Source: a virus (Duplodnaviria; Caudoviricetes). From it: DNA of 64,000 bases. The notes below the pieces were generated by a model that was given only the letters and a program-made list of their open reading frames with translations, was not told the DNA's origin and did no database searches. Shown piece after piece: positions 57,849 through 64,000 of the stretch. The stretch spans positions 1,613 through 65,612 of the IMG/VR virus record IMGVR_UViG_3300010885_051426; one strand, written 5' to 3'. The position numbers and the translations under genes were made by a program. Every line of letters begins with the position of its first letter. Position 1 is the first letter of the stretch.

Positions 57849-58550
57849 ATGTCTTTGCCTCGCATTGATGTGCCGTCATATACCTGTATGCTACCCAGCA
57901 CGGGTCAGCAATTACAGTTTAGACCATTTTTGGTCAAAGAACAAAAGCAGTTACTCATTGCCATGGGCGGTGATGAACTAGAAAGATTTAACACAGTTAA
58001 AGCAGTTGTATCAGTATGTTTTGAAAATAATAAACTGGATGTTGATGCTCTGAGCTCAGCTGATTTAGAATTTTTGTTTTTACAGCTTAGAATACGCAGC
58101 GTTGGTGAATCCGTGGATTTAATTTTAACCTGTGCTGAATGTGGTAACAAACAGGATTCAGTACTGGATTTATTAAATGTGGTTGTTACAACGCCAGCTG
58201 GTCATGTTAGAGACATTGAACTGGAACCAGGTCTGAGCATTAGTCTCAGAGACCCAGACATGGCACAGGTTGCTGCAATCAAACAGGCCACCACTGTAGA
58301 TGAAATCATAGCTGTTATAGCTGGTTGCATAACAGGTATCTGGAAAGATGATGAATTTTTTGCTGCACAGGACTATAGTCACACACAACTGGTGGAATTC
58401 ATAGAAAATCTAAGTCCTCAGCATCTGGAACATTTTAATGAATTTTTTAAAACATTACCTACACTGACTCATACATTAAATTACAAATGTAAAGAGTGTG
58501 GTGCAGATAATGCCGCAGTCCTGGAGGGACTGCAGAGTTTTTTCGTCTGA
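57849..58550 (+). CDS. gp26: baseplate hub assembly protein gp26
   Basis: LP.I..P.Y...LPSTG..L.FRPFLVKEQK.LL, FLQLRIRSVGE, two CxxC pairs, LEGLQSFF. Confidence 0.88.
   Translation: MSLPRIDVPSYTCMLPSTGQQLQFRPFLVKEQKQLLIAMGGDELERFNTVKAVVSVCFENNKLDVDALSSADLEFLFLQLRIRSVGESVDLILTCAECGNKQDSVLDLLNVVVTTPAGHVRDIELEPGLSISLRDPDMAQVAAIKQATTVDEIIAVIAGCITGIWKDDEFFAAQDYSHTQLVEFIENLSPQHLEHFNEFFKTLPTLTHTLNYKCKECGADNAAVLEGLQSFFV
58538..58544 (+). other. candidate -1 ribosomal frameshift heptamer T TTT TTC
   Basis: X XXY YYZ pattern in gp26 phase; the -1 frame is open and in frame with 58571..58738. Confidence 0.6.
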
Positions 58551-58570
58551 TTCTTTCACACGAGACACTC

Positions 58571-58738
58571 ATGAACTATTATCAGACCAATTTTAGTCTC
58601 ATGCAGTTTCATCAATATAGTCTAACCGAACTAGACAATATGTTGCCGTGGGAAAGAGAAATTTATGTGATGATGTTGGTCAATTATTTAAAAGAAGAAA
58701 ATTTAAAACTTCAACAACAGAAAGCACAGGGAAATTAA
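58571..58738 (+). CDS. gp51-like hub/tail assembly chaperone, 55 aa
   Basis: Not in ORF track: MNYYQTNFSLMQFHQYSLTELDNMLPWEREIYVMMLVNYLKEEN... Confidence 0.8.
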   Translation: MNYYQTNFSLMQFHQYSLTELDNMLPWEREIYVMMLVNYLKEENLKLQQQKAQGN

Positions 58739-58739
58739 C

Positions 58740-59087
58740 ATGGCAAAAGAATACATGGCTGAACACATCAAGCAGGACAAAGAAGACTGGATGACTAAAA
58801 AATGGCGTCCCATGATGGCAATAACCTACATGGCCATCAATATTTTTGATTTTATTCTAGGACCAATATTGTTTAATCTATTACAATTTTGGAATCCAGG
58901 CCAGGCCATAGGTATGTGGCAACCGCTTACTCTGCAGGGTGGTGGTTTGATTCACATCAGCTTTGGTGCTATTCTGGGTGTAGCTGCCTGGACACGAGGT
59001 CAGGAAAAAGTAGAAGCAATTAAAAATCCTCCACCAGCACCAGCAGCTGAACCAGAGCCAGCACCCAACAGTAGATATGCTGAATAA
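58740..59087 (+). CDS. putative holin (GTA 3TM-holin-like)
   Basis: WRPMMAITYM..NIFDFILGP and HISFGAILGVAAWTRGQEK; hydrophobic segments. Confidence 0.6.
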   Translation: MAKEYMAEHIKQDKEDWMTKKWRPMMAITYMAINIFDFILGPILFNLLQFWNPGQAIGMWQPLTLQGGGLIHISFGAILGVAAWTRGQEKVEAIKNPPPAPAAEPEPAPNSRYAE

Positions 59088-60544
59088 TGACACAGGATCC
59101 TAATCAAAAGAATTTTGAGGACCTAACCAGTACTCGTATCAAGTCCAATAAAGTTGGGCTTGGTACAGTACATAAAGATCTACAGGACATACGACAAGAA
59201 CTACGTGGTGATGCTTCTCTAAGTTCCAGTCCAGTAAATCCTTTGATTAGTCTTGTTCCAACCAAGAAGGAACAGAATAAAGACACTGGTGCACCCAGTC
59301 TGTTGGATCAACTCAAGATCAGTGCCATCATGGGTATCAAACAGGCCCTGGGAGTTGATACTGATCAGGATGCTGTTCCCACTACAACACCAGCAACCGG
59401 CAATCAACGCATCTATGATGAATTCATACAGCAGGTAAAACAGCAGCAGGATTTATTATTAGATGCCACCAAAGAACAGACTGACATATTTAAACAACTG
59501 GAAGCTTCGGTAGAAAAATTAAAAACAGCCAATCATGAAGACAGCAGCAAATTATTAGCCAGCATAGATAAGTTGGCCAAACAGCTCCAGAGTACGCCAG
59601 ATACCAAGGCCAAAAGTAACATTGAAAAAATGATGCCTTTGCAACAGGCTCGAGCTCAGGCTACTGCGGCACGTACCAGTTCCATAATTGCTAACCCTGC
59701 CCCAGCTCCTCGCAGTGCAGCCATACCGGCTTTGTTACAATCAACACCAGCTGCTGCCTTATACGAAGATGCTGGATTGATCAGCAGTGAGAGCGAAGGT
59801 GATAAAGTACAGACTGGTGAACGAGAAGCCGACATGGCCTCCATATTGGGATTTCTGGGTAACATGATGTCTGGTGGCGGTGGCGGTGGCGGTGGTGTTG
59901 TTCCCATAATACCCAGGTCAGGTCCGCGCAAAACACCACCAGCATTACCAAAAACAAAACCAACTACCAGACCTACTCCGCCACGCATTCCTGGTAATAA
60001 AGTTAAAACTCCTTCAGTCATGGACCGCGTCAAGAGTCCTGGTGCACGTTCAGTATTAAGCAAGGTTCCTTTTTTAGGTCCCTTGGTTACTGGCGGCTTC
60101 ATGGGCGCTGATGAATATGAAAAATCCGGTAATCTAGGCAAAGCCTTGGCAGTTGGTACGGGGTCTGCAGTAACTGGCGAAATTGGTGCATTGTTTGGTG
60201 CAGGCGCTGGATCATTGTTGGGCCCAGTAGGCACCTTTGGAGGTAGCATAGCAGGAGGTATAGCCGGAGCAACTGTAGGGGCAAATTCGGCCGGCAAGTT
60301 ATATGATAAATTTACAGGCACACAACCAGATACCGTAAAACCCAATACTCAGGTTTTACAACAGACTCTGGAAAATAAACAATTGGCTACTGAAGTTCAA
60401 CAACAACCAGCTGCACCAGTGATCATCAACAATCAACAGACCGCGAGTAGCAATACACCACCAGCCTATATAGCACCTAGTTTAGAAACTCGTCCCAAGG
60501 AAAGTGCTCTGGATCGCTACATCAATCGCCAGACAGTATACTAA
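59087..60544 (+). CDS. putative tape measure / hub protein (gp29-like)
   Basis: Helical Q/A-rich N-half, glycine-zipper hydrophobic segment, PVIINN C-terminal motif; follows gp26/gp51-like genes. Confidence 0.5.
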   Translation: MTQDPNQKNFEDLTSTRIKSNKVGLGTVHKDLQDIRQELRGDASLSSSPVNPLISLVPTKKEQNKDTGAPSLLDQLKISAIMGIKQALGVDTDQDAVPTTTPATGNQRIYDEFIQQVKQQQDLLLDATKEQTDIFKQLEASVEKLKTANHEDSSKLLASIDKLAKQLQSTPDTKAKSNIEKMMPLQQARAQATAARTSSIIANPAPAPRSAAIPALLQSTPAAALYEDAGLISSESEGDKVQTGEREADMASILGFLGNMMSGGGGGGGGVVPIIPRSGPRKTPPALPKTKPTTRPTPPRIPGNKVKTPSVMDRVKSPGARSVLSKVPFLGPLVTGGFMGADEYEKSGNLGKALAVGTGSAVTGEIGALFGAGAGSLLGPVGTFGGSIAGGIAGATVGANSAGKLYDKFTGTQPDTVKPNTQVLQQTLENKQLATEVQQQPAAPVIINNQQTASSNTPPAYIAPSLETRPKESALDRYINRQTVY

Positions 60545-60545
60545 A

Positions 60546-60573
60546 CAAAAAAAGAGGAGCGTTCAGCTCCTCT
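60546..60573 (-). terminator. intrinsic terminator (copy 1)
   Basis: AGAGGAGC-TGAAC-GCTCCTCT followed by a T run on the minus strand. Confidence 0.85.
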
Positions 60574-60599
60574 GTGATTCTATTACAACTAGTTACCTA

Positions 60600-60917
60600 T
60601 TATCCAGCGATGAAACGATATTCATTCATGGCAGATACTGAGGCTTTACGGCATACATCTTCCTTTTGTTTTACAGCCGCTCCTACTAGATCATCACCTT
60701 TGGTGTGAACTTTAACCAGAGCATCAACCACTTGTGATTGTGCTTTACAAGCTAGATCGTAATCGCCTTTTTGCACTGCTGTGACACTTAGGTCAGACAA
60801 GCGTGTAGCACGTTCGAGTTCTGCTTGTTTAAAATTAGATGTTAGATATGTTGCTGATGCTGTTGCGATTGAAACGGCTGCAACAGCCAGAGATATTAAT
60901 ACTACTGATTTCTTCAT
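60600..60917 (-). CDS. small exported protein with signal peptide
   Basis: MKKSVVLISLAVAAVSIATASA signal-like N-terminus; two Cys; AAGGA RBS. Confidence 0.65.
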   Translation of the reverse strand: MKKSVVLISLAVAAVSIATASATYLTSNFKQAELERATRLSDLSVTAVQKGDYDLACKAQSQVVDALVKVHTKGDDLVGAAVKQKEDVCRKASVSAMNEYRFIAG

Positions 60918-60969
60918 TTGTTTTTCCTTGTGGGTAAATTTATCATTGTAAACTTTTGGTCTACCATGG

Positions 60970-60977
60970 TATTTATA
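60970..60977 (-). promoter_or_regulatory. late promoter for the exported protein
   Basis: TATAAATA just downstream of the gp32 terminator. Confidence 0.7.
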
Positions 60978-60983
60978 GTATAA

Positions 60984-61013
60984 TAAAAAAAGAGGAGCTG
61001 TTTAGGCTCCTCT
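60984..61013 (-). terminator. intrinsic terminator after gp32 (copy 2)
   Basis: AGAGGAGC-CTAAACA-GCTCCTCT followed by a T run. Confidence 0.85.
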
Positions 61014-61039
61014 CAAAATCTCCTTCTTTAAGGGAGTTT

Positions 61040-61945
61040 TTAGTCTTCTGCTGCCAAATTAGCAAAGTAGCTGATTGAATCATCATCGGCTGCACCTAGA
61101 TCTGGATCTGCCATTGCTGGAGATGAGATCGCTGCTGCTTTAGCTACTACTGGAGTACCTAAATCAACATGTTCGGCCTGAGCTACAGCTCGACCTGCAC
61201 CACTTAATACGCTGGTTAATTTGTTCTTCAACTCGTCATATGATTTAAAATGACGGGCATCTAAAAAGTCAACCAGGCTCTGTTGCTGAGTCCAAATGGC
61301 TTCAATTTTTGTGTCGTCATCCGCTAAAGGACTAGAAGCTTCAAATTCTGATTTGTCATAGTTGCGGTATCCCTCAACGTTGCGAATCTTTAATTTAAAG
61401 TTAGCTCCCTTCCAAAAATCAAACGGATTAACTGGCTCTTCACCTGGAAATTCAGGTTGCATGCTATCCTTGATCTTATCAAAGATCTTTTTACCAAATT
61501 TGAATAATTTTACCTTACCCTCGTTGGCTGGATTGCTTGGGTCCTGGATCACCAGAATATTAACAATGTAGCTAAGGCGGCGTTTTTGTTCACGAGCAAT
61601 GTTCTTATTGGCTTCAGTACCACTGTCCCAGAGCTCTGAATTCATCTCTGATACTGGGTCTGGCTTACCGATAGTGGTTAATGAATTCTCAATGTACCAT
61701 TTACCTGTTGGGCCTTTGAAACCATGAGTCCAAACTCGTACCCAAGGCATTTCTTCGCCTTTAGGTGCGGCTAGGAATCGGATTACTGCGTAACCATTAC
61801 CTGCTTTATCTACGGTGGGCTGCCAGAAACGATCATCATCACGACTGTCCTGTCCTTGAGGATTGGCAATCTTTTCGACCTCTTTCATAAGGTTTTCAAA
61901 ATTACCGCGACTGTTTCTTAGATCTGATAAACTTGTTATAGACAT
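61040..61945 (-). CDS. gp32: single-stranded DNA-binding protein gp32
   Basis: DDRFWQP..DKAGNGYAVIRFL, WYIENSLTT, FGKKIFDKI, FDFWKGANFKLKI, acidic tail SYFANLAAED. Confidence 0.97.
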   Translation of the reverse strand: MSITSLSDLRNSRGNFENLMKEVEKIANPQGQDSRDDDRFWQPTVDKAGNGYAVIRFLAAPKGEEMPWVRVWTHGFKGPTGKWYIENSLTTIGKPDPVSEMNSELWDSGTEANKNIAREQKRRLSYIVNILVIQDPSNPANEGKVKLFKFGKKIFDKIKDSMQPEFPGEEPVNPFDFWKGANFKLKIRNVEGYRNYDKSEFEASSPLADDDTKIEAIWTQQQSLVDFLDARHFKSYDELKNKLTSVLSGAGRAVAQAEHVDLGTPVVAKAAAISSPAMADPDLGAADDDSISYFANLAAED

Positions 61946-62022
61946 TATATCTCCTAGTGTATGCGTTGTATGAATTGTATGTTGTTTTGTGTTACCATAA
62001 TATAATATTGCTCATCATGTAC

Positions 62023-62051
62023 ATTATATAATAATTGTATTTATTCGTCAA
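62023..62051 (-). promoter_or_regulatory. sigma70-type promoter for gp32
   Basis: TTGACG-17 nt-TATAAT. Confidence 0.75.
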
Positions 62052-62283
62052 TAGGTTTAGGTGGTGGACGTCGTTGTTTTACAGAATCTACTTTGATAAA
62101 TGGCCAGGTAGAAACTCGTTCAGCCAGCTGCTGCTGATTGGTGGCTATTTTTATGATCATTTGCTGCATGTCTCGCATTAGCTGACGCTGATGCTGTATT
62201 TCAGCACTTAGATCCAGAACAGCATCTTCAAGCTGGGTTATGCGTTCTTTTACTATGCCATCTTCAAGTTCTGATGCAGCCAT
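62041..62283 (-). CDS. hypothetical coiled-coil protein
   Basis: 80-aa heptad-rich ORF between gp59 and gp32. Confidence 0.55.
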   Translation of the reverse strand: MAASELEDGIVKERITQLEDAVLDLSAEIQHQRQLMRDMQQMIIKIATNQQQLAERVSTWPFIKVDSVKQRRPPPKPIDE

Positions 62284-62857
62284 GATATATCTCAGTAAAT
62301 TTGTCTAGATTAATTTTTAAAAAAGGTCTGTATTTGCGTATAAGTCGTTTGATGCCAGGCCATACCGGATCAGAGTCTGGTATGTTAAACTGATCTGCAA
62401 ATCCTGTTATGCGATCCAGGATGACCAGAGTTTCTGGTCCAATGCTATTGCGCATAAATGCTTTTAGTATAAAAGGATGAGTGCCAGAATCATGTTTAAA
62501 AATATCAGTAACTCCATCTTCAGTTGCCTCAGTATATAATTTAATTAATTCTTGCTCAAACACATAGCCCAGACTCTGATTACGTCTTTGCCAGGTCATG
62601 TATTCCTTGGCTGCTTGAACATCGAAAACACCACCCCAGTGATTGCCCCGTATGAAGTTAGCCACCATGAAGTTACAGACTGCATCTTCGGTATCATAGA
62701 TCTTTATGAGTCTGCGAAATGCAAACTCTTTACCCAGCCCATCAAAGCTCTTGCGACTGGCTCGGATACGCCCTCGCATTTTAACTACATCATATTCATC
62801 AGTCTGGAAGTGAGCTTTGAGGGCCAGATACATTTTATAGGCCTGGAACTCTGTCAC
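62264..62857 (-). CDS. gp59: helicase loader gp59
   Basis: FQAYKMYLALKAHF...YD..K..G, ETLVILD, KYRPFL. Confidence 0.9.
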   Translation of the reverse strand: MTEFQAYKMYLALKAHFQTDEYDVVKMRGRIRASRKSFDGLGKEFAFRRLIKIYDTEDAVCNFMVANFIRGNHWGGVFDVQAAKEYMTWQRRNQSLGYVFEQELIKLYTEATEDGVTDIFKHDSGTHPFILKAFMRNSIGPETLVILDRITGFADQFNIPDSDPVWPGIKRLIRKYRPFLKINLDKFTEIYHGCIRT

Positions 62858-63216
62858 TATATGGGTAATCTTCCTGTGGGTTTCATCAAACGAGCGTCTT
62901 GCGCCTCAATGCGAATTCGCTCTTTTAGTACTTTGTTTATGAGTGGAGCAACAGCTTCGATGTCTATGTCTCGACTCTGACAATAATCAATGATTATGTC
63001 CATGCGTGGTATGCCAGTTAACTGATATTGTTTTTCAATCCAGATGCTAAAATCATTGCTGCTGGTAAACTGTCGAGTGATCATGAATTCATTGGTCAGA
63101 GTAACTTCACCTTCGTCACTGACTAGTTTATGATCCTTGATTTCGCCATCTGGCCCCGTAAGTTTAATACCCAGGACGTCCTGGCCGGCCGCAATACGAT
63201 CTTTTATGCCTGACAT
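62857..63216 (-). CDS. gp33: late transcription coactivator gp33
   Basis: FSIWIE, MDIIIDYC....IDIE.VAPLINKVLKERI..EA, C-terminal RLPI. Confidence 0.88.
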   Translation of the reverse strand: MSGIKDRIAAGQDVLGIKLTGPDGEIKDHKLVSDEGEVTLTNEFMITRQFTSSNDFSIWIEKQYQLTGIPRMDIIIDYCQSRDIDIEAVAPLINKVLKERIRIEAQDARLMKPTGRLPI

Positions 63217-64000
63217 TAAGCCACCTGCACTGGTGTAATTTCAGTCTGAGCAGTTGGCTGAGCAGGTTGATGATCCGCCATTTGTTGTGTATAGGTAGCA
63301 ATGGCTGCTAGATCACAAACATATTCATAAGTACCAACGTGAACAGTACGAGTCCATGGTGCTAGGAATACCTGACCACCAATTTGTCTCCAACGCTTAC
63401 AGAAAGTAAAATCTTCACTGGTATAAGCCTTGCTCACAGGATCGATGCTTACATCAAAATAAGCATGTGCTTTGCGATGTGGATCTGTTACTCGTGTCAT
63501 GGTTTTAGGATCCATGGTTTCTGATCCACCAGAAACAATTTCAATTTCAGGTAATTCTGCTGCCATCTTTGTAAATACTTCACGACGAATCAACATCATG
63601 CCAGTGGCAATACTTTCTACTTCGACTGGTTCATCTAATTTAAAGCTGATCTGATCACCCATGGGTCTAAAAGTACTTTCAGCTATGACAGCGTTAATGG
63701 CATGAGGTGGTATGTTTGGTACTCCCTGACATACGCGTTTAACTACATCCCAGTTAATTTTCTTTTTAGCATACTGTCCGCCTATGAGGTCCTTGTCGGC
63801 CTGAATCATGCGAATTACATCGTCTGGATCAAAGCCCAGATCGGCATCTAAAAACAACATGTGTGTTGCATCGCTTTTTAAGAAGCCTTCGACCAGGATA
63901 TTACGAGCCTTGGTAATCAAACTCTCATTGGCTGCAATCTCAAACATGCTGTGAATACCATGTTGGCCTAGCTTGGTCAATAAATTAATTAGGCTGATCA
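63216..64000 (-). CDS. GT-A fold glycosyltransferase (5' end beyond window)
   Basis: NESLITKARN, THMLFLDAD (DxD), TGMMLIRR, SEDFTFC, HVG; the frame stays open to the window end. Confidence 0.8.
   Translation of the reverse strand, partial: ISLINLLTKLGQHGIHSMFEIAANESLITKARNILVEGFLKSDATHMLFLDADLGFDPDDVIRMIQADKDLIGGQYAKKKINWDVVKRVCQGVPNIPPHAINAVIAESTFRPMGDQISFKLDEPVEVESIATGMMLIRREVFTKMAAELPEIEIVSGGSETMDPKTMTRVTDPHRKAHAYFDVSIDPVSKAYTSEDFTFCKRWRQIGGQVFLAPWTRTVHVGTYEYVCDLAAIATYTQQMADHQPAQPTAQTEITPVQVA

Noticed and set aside
59656-60345. 229-aa antisense ORF and the many other opposite-strand ORFs in the track
   Set aside because: These are shadow frames of Gly/Ala/Thr-rich real genes, with no recognisable motifs or expression signals.
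63120-63180. gp33 N-terminal IKLTGPDGEIKD resembles IKVWGPDGSLKE in the 177-aa virion protein
   Set aside because: It is a short beta-hairpin-type match, too brief to distinguish from chance.
1-64000. Alternative genetic code, tRNAs or CRISPR arrays
   Set aside because: Core genes are full length under the standard code and use TAA, TAG and TGA as stops. Intergenic spaces are short and showed no cloverleaf or repeat-spacer pattern by eye.

Overview
This is a 64-kb segment of a large T4-like myovirus genome (cyanophage/pelagiphage-style gene organisation), with most genes on the minus strand. The left end carries a DexA-like exonuclease, the 7-deazaguanine pathway genes folE and queE, late sigma factor gp55, an Sm-like protein, UvsW and UvsY. 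Next is the morphogenesis block: gp3, gp23, gp22, gp21, core proteins, gp20, gp19, gp18, gp17, gp16, gp15, gp14, gp13, a ~13 kb fibre/adhesin region, a VrlC-like giant protein, gp8, gp7, gp6, gp25, PAAR, a collar fibre, gp5, a hub protein, gp53 and gp48. A divergent plus-strand block follows (gp4, gp2, gp54-like, gp26, gp51-like, holin, tape-measure-like), then gp32, gp59, gp33 and a glycosyltransferase. No tRNA, CRISPR array, RT, integrase or intein was seen. Main observations: (1) a large repeat-rich virion gene appears split mid-domain into 1115-aa and 358-aa ORFs by a 4.2-kb fibre cassette whose edge carries a truncated duplicate gene start; (2) three cassette genes share one adaptor motif with different passenger domains attached, two of them inside the motif; (3) a T-TTT-TTC slippery site would fuse gp26 to the gp51-like ORF by -1 frameshift upstream of the tape-measure-like gene; (4) gp5 carries a non-T4 lysozyme-fold domain plus an apparently catalytically dead M15 peptidase domain; (5) one small beta-module recurs across several baseplate proteins; (6) a moron-like exported-protein gene sits between twin terminators. 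All annotations come from motif recognition and synteny; no database searches were run.
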